64,000 bases of DNA from positions 4,030,001 through 4,094,000 of the forward strand of contig CAKKNE010000002.1 in NCBI GenBank assembly GCA_918797485.1, given 5' to 3'. Position 1 is the first letter of the stretch, and every line of letters starts with the position of its first letter. The stretch comes from Pelagomonas calceolata (Eukaryota). This document shows, piece by piece, positions 39,895 through 50,390 of this stretch. A program made the position numbers and the translations under genes. The notes under the pieces are model-generated. The model saw nothing but the letters and a program-made list of their open reading frames with translations, made no database searches and was not told the DNA's origin.

Positions 39895-40467
39895 ATGGCA
39901 AAAGACTTCGGCGAGCTCGCCCTCGTTTTAGGAGATGCGCACGTGCCCGGCCGCGCGCCGAAAATTCCCGCGAAACTGAAACGCATGCTCGTGCCGAACA
40001 AGATGCAGCACGTTTTGTGTACGGGCAACATGGGGTCGCGCGAGCTCTATGATGAGTTAAGGGCGCTGGCGCCGACGCAACATTTTGTGTGTGGAGATGA
40101 CGACGATGATGCGGACTTCCCGGAGGAGACGATTACACAGATAGGTGATGTGAAAGTAGGCGTCGTCCACGGCCACGACGTCCAGCCCTGGGGCGACGCG
40201 AAGGCGCTGGAAGCGCGGAGGAGGCGGTTGGACGTCGACGTATTGATCTCGGGCCACACGCATCGAGCCGAAGTGCGGGAGGAGGGCGATTACTTATACC
40301 TCAACCCCGGGACGATCACGGGCGCTTATGCACCTGCTTCTCCAGACATCGTGCCGTCCTTCATCCTGCTGGCGGTCCAGGGGCCGAAGGTCGTCGTCTA
40401 CCTCTACGAGCTGCATGGCGACTCGGTCGATGTCTCAAAGTCCGAGTTCACGGCGCAGCCTAAGTAG
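39895..40467 (+). CDS. VPS29: Retromer subunit VPS29
   Basis: LVLGDAHVPGRA, LVPNKMQHVLCTGN, PWGD, DVDVLISGHTH and NPGTITGAY motifs. Confidence 0.97.
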   Translation: MAKDFGELALVLGDAHVPGRAPKIPAKLKRMLVPNKMQHVLCTGNMGSRELYDELRALAPTQHFVCGDDDDDADFPEETITQIGDVKVGVVHGHDVQPWGDAKALEARRRRLDVDVLISGHTHRAEVREEGDYLYLNPGTITGAYAPASPDIVPSFILLAVQGPKVVVYLYELHGDSVDVSKSEFTAQPK

Positions 40468-40498
40468 TATACACACACAACACGTTAGTCGCAGGACC

Positions 40499-42847
40499 CT
40501 ACAAGATCCCGTTGCAGCACGTCTGGTAGCCGTCGTAGGCCCGCGTGCGCCAGTGCATCGACGCCTCCCGAATTAACGAGTTCATGAACGCCCGGCACTG
40601 TCTCTCGGATAACTCCGGCCGGAACCTTCGCTTCAGGCCGTCCAACGCTTCGCGCGCCCTCCCATCGAAGCAGGGCAGGTGGTCGCACCCCGCGGCCGCC
40701 ATTTCGGCCAGCAACAACAGTTTGTCCGAATTCCTTCGCAGACAGACGAAGGTTCTATGACATAAATCCCGGAACAGCGGCAACAAATCGTGCCCTAAGA
40801 CCTCGAGAAAGTCGCGCGTGAGCTTGAAGGGCGCCGCTTCGAAACCCATGTTTCCTCCTGGCGACGAGGCTAACAAATAACCATAGTCCACATGGGCCAC
40901 GGCGCCCGACGCATGTAGCAAGATGTTGCCGTTGTGCCTATCTTTGAGCTGCAGTAAGTAGGACACGACACAAGCTGGAGCCAAGGACTCGACGAAGACC
41001 TTCCGGGCTTTTTGCAATGCTTTTTGCGTCGTAAACCGCCTCCGGAATAAATCCAATAAACCGCTATATGCCAGATCATGCTTCCGCAACGCATCCAACG
41101 ACACCGTATCCGGCAGGGCCTCGATCAAGCCGCTGTCGGGCCCCGTCGCGACGACGTCGTAGGCCGGCAAGCGCACGGGCACCTTTTCGTTGTCCAGCGT
41201 CAGCGCGCAGGCTTTTATGAGTTGCGAGGCGAACTGCTCCTGGCGCAGGTCGTCCCTAGCTTTCACGATGATGGGCACCAAGGCGTGGTTCCGCGCGTGG
41301 AGTAATCGAGAGCGCGTCTCGCTCCAGCGCTCCCGAAACACGACGGGAGGCTTCTGGGGCGGCAGCTCCGCCGCGACGCGCGGCGCGAGGGGCTCGCCAT
41401 GTTGTATGGGAGAGGGCGGCCGTCTGGGCGGCGGCGACGAGGGGCCGAACGTCCCGAAGAAGTCCTCGGGCGGTGCCTTCCATTGCCCGAGGGCTTCGTC
41501 CTCGCGCAGCGCGTTCTTTATCAATTCCGCGGGGGAATGGGAATTGAACGCCGGGGAAGGGCTTCGTTCCGACGGAGGAGCTTCGCTGACGACCTCCACC
41601 ACACATAAGTAGGGGCACCGGTCTCTGGTCGAAAACGCCCTCGCCTCCCCGAAGTGGACGCGCACGACTCTCCTCGAGAAGCCCCCCACGGCCAGCTCCG
41701 CGTCGCTCAGATCGCCGCTCGTGACGCGATGGTCGAGACTCCTCAAGTTACTTTCAAGGAAGGCCTGGCGCTCGTCTCGATCGACGTCGCATAACTCTGA
41801 ACTGATTGTTGTGAGCGCGTCCGCGAGCGTCAGCGTCCGAGCAAAGGCCTGGGTGGCTTGGGCCACGTCCGCACTTAAAGCGGCGACGGCCGCCTCGCCC
41901 GCTGCCGTCAGGTTCAGGCCCGGCGACAGATCTGACGAATCCGCGAAGGCCCTCAAATAAAACGCGACGCGATGCGCAAAGGCTAAATCAGACGCGCACA
42001 GGTCGAGTAACAAGTCGCGCATCCTGTCGCCGTCCCGGTAGGCGCCGAACAAGACAAAAGTACTGAGCTGGAGCGCGTAGAACAGCAACGCGGTTCGATC
42101 GTTCATGAGGGCCGTTCTTAATTGATCGACGACGTCCTCGTGGGCGAACAACCTTAGTAGTAGTGAGAAAGCGTCGTCTTGGGTCGGCGACGGCGCCCTT
42201 TGGTTCACGCTCATGATCGTGTCCAGTTGGGACCGCCAGTAGTTCTTGACGGACTCAGAGCGCGCCAAAAACCGCTGCGCCAGGTCGGGCTGCGCCTCGA
42301 CGTCGATCAAGGACGTCGCTTCGCCGTGCGTCGAGAGCATTCTTCTCAATGCATCTTGCGTCGCCTGGAGGGTTTCCGAGGCCATGAGGAAGATGTCGCG
42401 TTCGACGGGCGGCCGCGTCTGCAGGAACGACCAGCTGTACCGGTAGAACGTCGCGGCGATCAAACCGAGCACGACGAGCACGAAACGGTGGAGCTGGATG
42501 GCCGGCGTCGCTGCTGATGTCTTCGCGAGCGCGGCGAGGACGGCTATCACTAAACAGGCCAGCGCGTGCGCGGCGTAGCACCGTTCGAGCGTCGCTCTTC
42601 GCAACTCGGCGCCGCGTCTGGACGCGGCGAGCCAGGCGTGGAACAGTCCTCGAAGCCCGGCCAAGCACGCGACCGCCACGAATAAAGGTCGGGCCTCCGG
42701 CCGCCGTTCCGGATTGCGGAACGCGACGCGGGCGTCGCCGAACCACTGCGGCCGCACGCAGTAGAGCGTTATCGACGCCGCGTCGACGGTGAGCGCGGTG
42801 ACGGCGGCGACGGAGCCCCAGCGCGGGCGGCCGAGGCGCGAGTACAT
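40499..42847 (-). CDS. Phosphatidylinositol 4-kinase (type III beta-like) with N-terminal TM segments
   Basis: IVKARDDLRQEQFA, LQLKDRHNGNIL, HVDYG, FEAAPFKLT and YDGYQ...NGIL motifs. Confidence 0.92.
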   Translation of the reverse strand: MYSRLGRPRWGSVAAVTALTVDAASITLYCVRPQWFGDARVAFRNPERRPEARPLFVAVACLAGLRGLFHAWLAASRRGAELRRATLERCYAAHALACLVIAVLAALAKTSAATPAIQLHRFVLVVLGLIAATFYRYSWSFLQTRPPVERDIFLMASETLQATQDALRRMLSTHGEATSLIDVEAQPDLAQRFLARSESVKNYWRSQLDTIMSVNQRAPSPTQDDAFSLLLRLFAHEDVVDQLRTALMNDRTALLFYALQLSTFVLFGAYRDGDRMRDLLLDLCASDLAFAHRVAFYLRAFADSSDLSPGLNLTAAGEAAVAALSADVAQATQAFARTLTLADALTTISSELCDVDRDERQAFLESNLRSLDHRVTSGDLSDAELAVGGFSRRVVRVHFGEARAFSTRDRCPYLCVVEVVSEAPPSERSPSPAFNSHSPAELIKNALREDEALGQWKAPPEDFFGTFGPSSPPPRRPPSPIQHGEPLAPRVAAELPPQKPPVVFRERWSETRSRLLHARNHALVPIIVKARDDLRQEQFASQLIKACALTLDNEKVPVRLPAYDVVATGPDSGLIEALPDTVSLDALRKHDLAYSGLLDLFRRRFTTQKALQKARKVFVESLAPACVVSYLLQLKDRHNGNILLHASGAVAHVDYGYLLASSPGGNMGFEAAPFKLTRDFLEVLGHDLLPLFRDLCHRTFVCLRRNSDKLLLLAEMAAAGCDHLPCFDGRAREALDGLKRRFRPELSERQCRAFMNSLIREASMHWRTRAYDGYQTCCNGIL

Positions 42848-43091
42848 CGTTCTTTTTTGCGTTTTTTTAGCTACAGCGCTGCTTTTTTTGCAGTCTTACT
42901 ACGCACTACGCGTCTTGATGCGACACAAGCTGCGTGGCTGCGCTATGAGATCGCTGCGGTGCCCGCACCAATGCCCCTTAGCGCTGTCCCGGCGGCGGAT
43001 GGCAAAAATACAGATCCACCGCGGCGTTTTCAAGCCGGTTCGGCTGCACTGGAGCGCGCACGGCTGCCGATTCCCCTGTCGGCTTGATTTG

Positions 43092-43109
43092 CTAGTGTCT
43101 TACCGCTAG
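43092..43109 (+). promoter_or_regulatory. CTAG-TGTCTTAC-CTAG element (PI4K / secreted protein divergent region)
   Basis: CTAGTGTCTTACCGCTAG. Confidence 0.7.
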
Positions 43110-43199
43110 CGCAAAACGGCTCCAAACGTGCCAGCGCTAGAGCTATGCCTGGCTGCCTCCGCGTGGTACATTGAAGGGAGGGCAGCCCCACGACGCGCC

Positions 43200-44219
43200 A
43201 TGCGCGGCCCCACGGTTTACCTCCTCCTGGCCACCGTAAGATCAGAGGACTGGGTCCAAAAAACCACTGACAATATAGAACGAGCCTGGCCCTCGGCCCT
43301 CGACCGGAGACTTAGTACAGGAGGCGCCTGCGACGCCGACGCCGCCCTCACGACCTTCCAGAAGTGCCTGAAGGCGCAGTGCCCGACGATCATCGACAGT
43401 AAAGCGGCGACGCTTTACGTGTTTCCAGCACAAAATGACACCGCGACCACCTGCCAAGAAGCGAGAGAACTCCCTGCTTTCAGAGACGCCTGCTGCGCGT
43501 CGCAGCTCATCGAGTACGCCTGCGGGCACCACCGATCTTATGTGGGGGAGGGCGCGAAGGGCTACCAGCAGGCCAAGGCCATGGCCATCCAGCAAAGGAA
43601 CTCGCTGAAGTGGGTCGAGGGGGAAGATTATGACGATAGTGGCTGTCGGGACGCGTGGCGGGCCGTCGTGGAATGTGTCTGGCACAACGGTGTAACGAAT
43701 AAGGGCCTCGACTGCGACATGACGTGCCCCGAGCCGAGGACGCCCGCGCCATCCATGGCGCCGTCTTCCACAAACCAAATCTACCCCACGAAGATGCCCA
43801 CGATGCCCGAAAGTCACCTGGAAAAGTGCCCCTGCTCCAGCGACTGGGGCTGGGACCGCAAATCCCTCGGGAACGGCTGGGCCGACGGCAGCGGCAAGCC
43901 TGGTAGTCATGAGGGCGGCGCCGACCCGAACGACCCGGACCACTGGCGCTGCCGCCACGCGCTCGGCGGCGGGCCGGGCGGTTCTGGGAGGCGCGGCGGG
44001 CCGCGGCCCAAATCCGAGGGCCAGGAGGGCACGAAGAAGGCCAAGGGCCGCTACAACGGCCACCGGGGCGAGTGCGGGCCGCGCCTGCCCGACGAGGGCC
44101 GGGCCGCCGGCGGGCCGCGGTCCGCGAACGCGGACCTGTACCCGCCGTGCGCCGTGAATGCCGCGCTCCCGTCCGCGCCGGGGGTCGCGCTGCTCCTGTT
44201 CGCGGCGTTCGTCGCGTAA
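43200..44219 (+). CDS. Secreted Cys-rich protein, probably GPI-anchored
   Basis: Signal peptide (MRGPTVYLLLATVRS), RRL motif, many Cys, PTxxPT linker and hydrophobic C-terminus. Confidence 0.6.
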   Translation: MRGPTVYLLLATVRSEDWVQKTTDNIERAWPSALDRRLSTGGACDADAALTTFQKCLKAQCPTIIDSKAATLYVFPAQNDTATTCQEARELPAFRDACCASQLIEYACGHHRSYVGEGAKGYQQAKAMAIQQRNSLKWVEGEDYDDSGCRDAWRAVVECVWHNGVTNKGLDCDMTCPEPRTPAPSMAPSSTNQIYPTKMPTMPESHLEKCPCSSDWGWDRKSLGNGWADGSGKPGSHEGGADPNDPDHWRCRHALGGGPGGSGRRGGPRPKSEGQEGTKKAKGRYNGHRGECGPRLPDEGRAAGGPRSANADLYPPCAVNAALPSAPGVALLLFAAFVA

Positions 44220-44429
44220 GATTGCTTGTGTACTCGTGGGTTCGCGTCGGTGGATCTGTCGTCAACTGGTGTTCGATGTTACGGTGCTAGGACTAGTGTC
44301 GTCAACTGGTGTCGCCTGGCTCAGCGGTTTATGCGCGGGCTTCGTGCCCGGACTCTTAGAGGTCTGTTCCTAGTAAATCCATCCCCAAGGTGCTCCCAAA
44401 ACCGAGTAACAACTACGTTATTTTTCGCG

Positions 44430-44451
44430 CTAGTATCTTACAGACCGCTAG
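44430..44451 (+). promoter_or_regulatory. CTAG-TGTCTTAC-CTAG element upstream of the CDPK
   Basis: CTAGTATCTTACAGACCGCTAG. Confidence 0.7.
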
Positions 44452-44764
44452 CGCTTTATATTTGAGCTGCAGCCGCAGGTGAAACGCGGGAGTTGAGGCG
44501 TGCGCGGCACCAAAGTGGTGCTTAGAGTAACCAACTTCTTGCTACCGAAGCCCTCCTCGCAGCGGAGGCAGAGCTCTGCGCGTGACCAGCCGCAAAGCCA
44601 TCCTTTGGTACCTAGTCCCACGGTAGCAATCACTGGCGCAGACGCTTGCCGCCGCCCGCTCGCCACGATTCGATACCACAAGACCAGTGCAGCAAAACTA
44701 CTGCACCGCGGCCGCGGCGCGCGAGCTCGCCACGATTCGCCGCTGCGAGCCGTGCGGCTGCACC

Positions 44765-46258
44765 ATGGGCGCATGCCTAGGGAAAAAGGAGAAGCCCGAG
44801 GTGCACCGGTCGCTCCGCACCCAACATAAGTCCGCGAAACAGAACATGATGCGGCAAAGAGACACTGATATCGCCCAATTCTACGACATCGACGCGACCA
44901 TTGGAAGAGGTAGTATAGGCACGGTCGCGCGAGCGAAACACAAGGAGTCGAGCAAATGGTACGCCGTGAAAACATTACAGACCTCCAAAATGTCGAAAGA
45001 CGCCCTGGAGGAGATGATGAACGAGATAGCCATTATGATGGGCCTCGATCATCCTAATATAGTGAGACCTCTGGAATTGTTTCAGAAGAAGCGGGAGATC
45101 TATTTTATCATACCTTATTGTAGCGGCGGCGATCTCTACAAAAGAGCACCTTATACCGAACATCACGCTTCTAGATACATCGCCCAGGTCTGCGACGCCG
45201 TGGCGTACATGCACAAGTTTGGGGTCGTGCATCGTGATCTGAAGTTCGAGAACGTGCTCTTCCAGTCGAAGGCTCCTGAATCGGAAGTGGTTGTCATAGA
45301 TTTTGGCTTGGCCAAAGCGAAGGTCGCACGAGACAAGCGCTTGCACGACTTTGTGGGTACGCTGTACAGTATGGCGCCGGAAGTCCTGCGAGGTAGCTAT
45401 GATGCCAAATGTGACGTCTGGAGCATTGGAGTGATATCGTACATGATGCTGGCCTCGGCCATGCCCTTCACGCGCTTTGATGATGAGGAATTACTACTAA
45501 GAGATCTCGAGGCGGAACGGTATGATATGCGAAGGCGGTGCATCCGGAAACGTAGTGAGGACGCGCGCGACTTCGTGCGATCATTGCTGAAGGCGAAGGT
45601 GAAGGAACGGCCGACCATGGCTGCGGTGCTGAAGCTGCCTTGGATCAAAGGTAAAAATCGGGACCACGAGCCTAGTCCTAACTCTGAACGGGCTTCTTTT
45701 TCAGAAACTTTATCGGAGCAGGATCTCGCTGGGAGTTTAAGGGAGTACTCGGCCACGTCCGCTATTAGGAGGGTGGGCCTCATGGTCATCGCCCATAGAA
45801 CGGAGGCCGATTCGGTAAGGACACTGAGAAAAGCTTTCAGAGCGATAGACACGGGCGGCGAGGGCTACATCACGTTTCAGGAATTGGAGGATGTCCTGGC
45901 GAAGAACGGCCACTCGTCCGAAGAAATAAAAGACATCTTTAACGCGGTCGACCACGCGAACGACCAGCGCATCTCGTACACGGAGTTTCTCGCGGCGATG
46001 CTCGACGGCCAGTCGCATCTCCAGGAGGACGCGTTGCTCGACGCCTTCGACCGCATCGATAGTGATGATTCTGGATTTATTTCATTTGAAAATCTGAGAG
46101 ATTTGCTGGGGAGGCAGTTCTCGCCCCAACTCGTGCAGCAGATGATCGCCGACGCGGACTTTAAAGAGAACGGCGTGATTGATTATGAGGAGTTCAAGCA
46201 GATGATGCTTGGTTCAAGGCCGGCGCGGAGATTGGCTGACGAGGCGGCGAGCGAGTAA
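44765..46258 (+). CDS. Calcium-dependent protein kinase (kinase + 4 EF-hands), N-myristoylated
   Basis: MGACLG start; HRDLKFEN, DFG and APE motifs; EF-hands DTGGEGYITFQE, DHANDQRISYTE, DSDDSGFISFEN and DFKENGVIDYEE. Confidence 0.93.
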   Translation: MGACLGKKEKPEVHRSLRTQHKSAKQNMMRQRDTDIAQFYDIDATIGRGSIGTVARAKHKESSKWYAVKTLQTSKMSKDALEEMMNEIAIMMGLDHPNIVRPLELFQKKREIYFIIPYCSGGDLYKRAPYTEHHASRYIAQVCDAVAYMHKFGVVHRDLKFENVLFQSKAPESEVVVIDFGLAKAKVARDKRLHDFVGTLYSMAPEVLRGSYDAKCDVWSIGVISYMMLASAMPFTRFDDEELLLRDLEAERYDMRRRCIRKRSEDARDFVRSLLKAKVKERPTMAAVLKLPWIKGKNRDHEPSPNSERASFSETLSEQDLAGSLREYSATSAIRRVGLMVIAHRTEADSVRTLRKAFRAIDTGGEGYITFQELEDVLAKNGHSSEEIKDIFNAVDHANDQRISYTEFLAAMLDGQSHLQEDALLDAFDRIDSDDSGFISFENLRDLLGRQFSPQLVQQMIADADFKENGVIDYEEFKQMMLGSRPARRLADEAASE

Positions 46259-46359
46259 CGTATACTAGTGTTATTTCTACTAGCTATGATTGACGCGTCG
46301 GCTGCGCGTATGGCCAGTCCTTCTACCAAGACTCGGAGTGAATTGACCAGACAAGTATC

Positions 46360-47430
46360 TTACATCAACGCACAAACCCCCTCCTCGCGCGGGGCATTAT
46401 TTGACATTCCGCTCGACGCCCGCCGCCGCGGCGCCGCGGCAGCGCCCATCATTCCCCTGAGGCATTGAATCCACGCGTCGCGTTCTGAAGCCGACGCCGC
46501 CTGGAGCATCCACTCTTCCCCGTGTTTGGCGCCCGGCGTGCGGACTCGAAAGGCGTAGGGCGCCGTGGGTCGGGACGTGAAGTCGTCGCAGTCACTGAAG
46601 GAGCCATCATCCAGACTTTCGCAAATTGTAATGCGCGAACACTCGATGTAGCCGCGGCACCGCTTCTCGTTGTACTCGCGGAAGTAGTACAGCCTGCCTT
46701 CATCGGGCCAGGCCTCGCACCACCGCGTCTTCCAGGCGGGGTTCATGCGACCGCGCTTCCGGAGGTAGCCCGTTTTGGAGACGCGTCTCGTCGCCGGCGC
46801 GTCCGCGGCGTCGTCCGAAAAAGCTGCCGCGACGTCGCCCAGGCAGCCGAAGGCCTGGGCGTCACCAGTGCTATCCGCCGACGCGGACGACTGGAGGTGC
46901 GACGAGTCCCAGACGGCGGGCGCTTCAGGCGTCTTTTCAGACGTCGTGACGCGGGGCAGTTGTGGCGGCGGCGGGGGCGCCGCGTCGTCGCCGCGGCCGA
47001 GGTCCGAGAAGCATCGCGCCGCGGCGTCTTCGCCGAGGTCCGAGAAGGCCCCCGTGGACGGGCGCCCGGCGGGCGCCGGCGCCGGCGCGGCGGCCGGCTC
47101 CGAAGACGGCGCGGGCGGCGCCGCCGCTCCAAAGCTCAGGCGCCCGCGCGGTTCCTCCGCGGCAGCGTCGTCAGCACGAGGCGCCGTGACGGCCGCTTTC
47201 GCCGCCCGCGGCGCGGGCTTCGGCAGGAATCGATACGGGTCCGCATCCGCATTAACGCTCTCGGGAACGATTAATTGATTCGTGCCGCGGAATCGACTCT
47301 CGCGCCGGCGCTGACTGCCCGACCCTTCGTACACGGCCGCCGGGCCTTTTTCAGCCGAGCGCCGCCGCGACAGCGTGGCTGGGGTCTTCAGAGGTGTGTG
47401 GTTCTCTTTTACAGAGCTCTTCTCCGCCAT
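46360..47430 (-). CDS. PH-domain protein with C-terminal CaaX
   Basis: KTGYLRKRG..NPAWKTRW...LQAASASERDAWIQCL; ends CALM. ATG at 47430. Confidence 0.8.
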   Translation of the reverse strand: MAEKSSVKENHTPLKTPATLSRRRSAEKGPAAVYEGSGSQRRRESRFRGTNQLIVPESVNADADPYRFLPKPAPRAAKAAVTAPRADDAAAEEPRGRLSFGAAAPPAPSSEPAAAPAPAPAGRPSTGAFSDLGEDAAARCFSDLGRGDDAAPPPPPQLPRVTTSEKTPEAPAVWDSSHLQSSASADSTGDAQAFGCLGDVAAAFSDDAADAPATRRVSKTGYLRKRGRMNPAWKTRWCEAWPDEGRLYYFREYNEKRCRGYIECSRITICESLDDGSFSDCDDFTSRPTAPYAFRVRTPGAKHGEEWMLQAASASERDAWIQCLRGMMGAAAAPRRRASSGMSNNAPREEGVCALM

Positions 47431-47554
47431 TGATCTCGAAACTCTGCGAGCGCAGCACCAGCGTTCAAGACGCACTGTAGCGCGAGACAGCGTCGTTGTT
47501 CTCGCCACCGTTTAGCACAGGTGGACTCGTGTGCTGAAAATTCTAGCTAACCAG

Positions 47555-47576
47555 CTAGCGTCCTGTAAGGCACTAG
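47555..47576 (-). promoter_or_regulatory. CTAG-TGTCTTAC-CTAG element (PH / kinase-like divergent region)
   Basis: CTAGCGTCCTGTAAGGCACTAG. Confidence 0.7.
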
Positions 47577-47804
47577 CAAACCAGCAGGGATGCGAAAGCG
47601 TACGCAAGAGACCCCCGAACAGCTCAATCGCGCCGCGAACTCATCCAAGGGGCGCTAGTGGACCGCCACTAATGCTCGCAATTCCTTTCAGTTGTGCCGC
47701 CCTGCACTCAAAACTGGCGCGTCGCAGCCCGACAAACGGCAGCCACAACACACAAAGCAGCTGCCAATCGCGGCTGCCCCGTATACATAACAAGAGGCAT
47801 AACG

Positions 47805-49817
47805 ATGAACGCCCACCTCCCCGCCCATCTGGACTCCATGAAGGCGCCGCCGCAACGCGACGCCGTCCACGCCGCATTTTTAAGAGCGTCGCAGGACGGC
47901 AAGGCCCTCACGGCGGAGTCGGAGTGGCGGCGCTTTCTGGGGGAGCTCACTTCATTGAAAGTGTGCTCGTCGAGCAAGGAGCGCCGCGTCCTGGAAGAGG
48001 CGTGGGCTACTTGTGAAACCCCTACAGCGAAGAGAATGACCTGGACCGACTTCCGGAACCACGTCGTGGCGCAGTTCCTGGATGCGGACGACCAGTCGGA
48101 GCAGGCGCGCGACGCTGTCAGACGTGTGAGAGCCGCGGCCAAGCAGCTGCAAGCGCTGTCCCTGGTCGACGATGCGCCTCTCAAAAGGTGTCGTGAATTA
48201 CTTGAGAGATGTAGAGACGCCGACGAGGCCCTGGAGGCCGGCGAAGCTTTGGTCGAAGCGTCGCTCAAAGCAAACGCCAAGGAACTCGAAGCGTGGACAG
48301 CAAAGGCCATGACGACGAACGACGACTCGGACGACGATGAAGAGTTAATAAGACCGGCGAACCCCGTGCAGTGGCAGCTCACGAACTCTCTACAGGTCGA
48401 GAAGGCGGCGGGAAAGAATCGAGTCACGTCAAGGGACCAGATCAAGTTTCCGCGCGGCGGTGGTCGGGTCGAGGATCTGTGGGGGTTGAGCGGTGGCTAC
48501 GACGGGAGTTGCGTGGAAGTTCGGAGGGCTCGGGTTCTCTGCGCGGACGGGGAACAAAGGGACGCGTACGTGGTGGCCATGGTGCCTCCTAGGAGAGGTG
48601 CTCGCGTCGATCCAAGGACGGCGGCGGAAGCTCGAAAAGCCTGCTGGCGCACGTACGCCGCGCATCGAGAACTATCAACTTCAAACGGTCTGTGCAAGGC
48701 CTACGGCTGGTTGGAAGAACAACCCGTACCGCAGGGTCAACGGCGTATGAATAATGATGACGAGGACGCGCCGCCTGGAAATGGCCCGTGGTTCGTCTAC
48801 GAGCGACCGAAGGGCTGTGCGTCGATCGTGAGCATGTTGGCCAAGGTCGAGGCGCGGAAACGACGACCGCCACCGCTGTCCGCGGCGTCGCCGCTCGTGC
48901 GGCATTGGTTACGGGAGGCCCTGAGCGCCCTGGCCGACATCGATCGGTGCGCGACGTATTCACTCAGGGAACCGTTCCCGGGCGCGAAGCCCCTCGAGGC
49001 GAAGAATTTCTACGTGGGCGACCACGGCGCTTGTTTAAAGATGGGCTCGATCCCTTGGTCGGAATCATGGGACGCGCCGCTGAAGGTTTCCACTGTTGAA
49101 AATCGGTCGAGGATGTTGGTATCGGCCTTCGGGGAAGTAGCTTCAGCGATACTAGGGACGTTGTGCGAGGATCGAAGAACGGCTGATACATTTAAAAAGA
49201 TGGGTGGCGCGGACAAGCCGCCGAAAAAAGTGTATGTGGAGGACGACGCCGTGGCCGGCGTCTACGCCTCGCCCGGCGAAAGATTCGACATCCTCCTGGA
49301 TCCGCCGAAACGGGGCGTAGCGCATCGATGGCGCGCCCCTGACCTAGGAAGTATGCACGCGGAAGAAGTTCTAGATTTCTGCGACGACTTGGAGCCCGGG
49401 ACCGCGATGCCCATGGACGGTCCAAGTGGTAGAGTGCGCATCAAGTGTACCGCTTTAAGGCCGGGGGCCTGCGTTTTGCAGTTGGTCGCTCTGTCGCCGG
49501 GCGACGGCCATCGGAGTGATAGCCTGACCGTACCGATCTTCGTCGCGGAGGAAGGCCTACCTCCGGACCTGTCCTCGATCCTAGCGAGATGTAGAGACGG
49601 CGCGCGGCCCGTGCCCGGGTCCAAAGCGACGACGCCGCGCGCGTTACTCGCGCACCCGTTCTTCCTGCCTTTGGATGCCGAGGAGCTCGCGGCCGCGATG
49701 GACTCGTACTCGCGGTTGTTTCTGAGTGGTGGGGATGAAGAATACGATGAGACGCTCCCGTACCCGGAGAAGCCCGGCCGTAGGAGTGGACGGCGCCTGG
49801 ACGACGCCGAGGAGTAA
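47805..49817 (+). CDS. Hypothetical protein with degenerate kinase-like fold and inserted Ig/chagasin-like domain
   Basis: WFVYE, WLREALSALADI, LEAKNFYV and ATTPRALLAHPFF resemble kinase subdomains without HRD/DFG. ATG at 47805. Confidence 0.5.
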   Translation: MNAHLPAHLDSMKAPPQRDAVHAAFLRASQDGKALTAESEWRRFLGELTSLKVCSSSKERRVLEEAWATCETPTAKRMTWTDFRNHVVAQFLDADDQSEQARDAVRRVRAAAKQLQALSLVDDAPLKRCRELLERCRDADEALEAGEALVEASLKANAKELEAWTAKAMTTNDDSDDDEELIRPANPVQWQLTNSLQVEKAAGKNRVTSRDQIKFPRGGGRVEDLWGLSGGYDGSCVEVRRARVLCADGEQRDAYVVAMVPPRRGARVDPRTAAEARKACWRTYAAHRELSTSNGLCKAYGWLEEQPVPQGQRRMNNDDEDAPPGNGPWFVYERPKGCASIVSMLAKVEARKRRPPPLSAASPLVRHWLREALSALADIDRCATYSLREPFPGAKPLEAKNFYVGDHGACLKMGSIPWSESWDAPLKVSTVENRSRMLVSAFGEVASAILGTLCEDRRTADTFKKMGGADKPPKKVYVEDDAVAGVYASPGERFDILLDPPKRGVAHRWRAPDLGSMHAEEVLDFCDDLEPGTAMPMDGPSGRVRIKCTALRPGACVLQLVALSPGDGHRSDSLTVPIFVAEEGLPPDLSSILARCRDGARPVPGSKATTPRALLAHPFFLPLDAEELAAAMDSYSRLFLSGGDEEYDETLPYPEKPGRRSGRRLDDAEE

Positions 49818-49825
49818 AAATATAA

Positions 49826-50337
49826 TTACATATCCTGGAAGTCGTCGAACGAGTCCGCCCTGAGCAGTCGGTGGAACTGGTCCGCGTGGATCGCCGCGAG
49901 GTGCTCCTCGGCGCCGAGACCGGCCACGTTGACGGAGTCCTGGCCGTCGGGGAAGATCTTCTCGTCCTTGCGCGTTTTGGGCTGGCTCTTGCGCCGCGCG
50001 TGCGCCGGACTCTTCGCGAGCCGCGCTGCGCGGCGCTTGTAGTGCTCCCGCTTGTCGCGCTCGGCCGACGTGAGCGACGCGACGAGCTGCTTGTGCTCGG
50101 CCTCGGCGATTTTATGGGCGGCCTCGGCGTTCTGCTTCGAGATGCGGTAGACGCTCGAGTCGAGGTCGTTCGCCGACGCCGCGACGAAGGAGTACTCGTC
50201 GCCGCAGCGCGCCGGCGACGCCTCGCAGGCGCTCTGGAGCGACGGGTTCGACGGGTCCCAGTCCTCATCCACCACACTCGACGCCGCGCGGTGCAGCTCG
50301 AAGATGCGGTTGTTGTAGCGCCGGATGCGGTCGTCGC
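49826..50337 (-). CDS. Hypothetical protein 3' exon (5' end unresolved; preceded by a mini-introner)
   Basis: Strong coding-type codon usage from DDRIRRYNNRIFELH to the stop. The ORF-track N-terminus MEIKFTAHPTHWFIST is element sequence. Confidence 0.55.
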
Positions 50338-50390
50338 CTGTGGAAATGAACCAGTGTGTCGGATGCGCCGTAAATTTGATTTCCACACAG
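50338..50390. mobile_element. 53-bp mini TIR element (introner), perfect 8-bp TSD GTCGTCGC
   Basis: CTGTGGAAATGAA...TTGATTTCCACACAG flanked by GTCGTCGC at 50330-50337 and 50391-50398. Confidence 0.9.
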
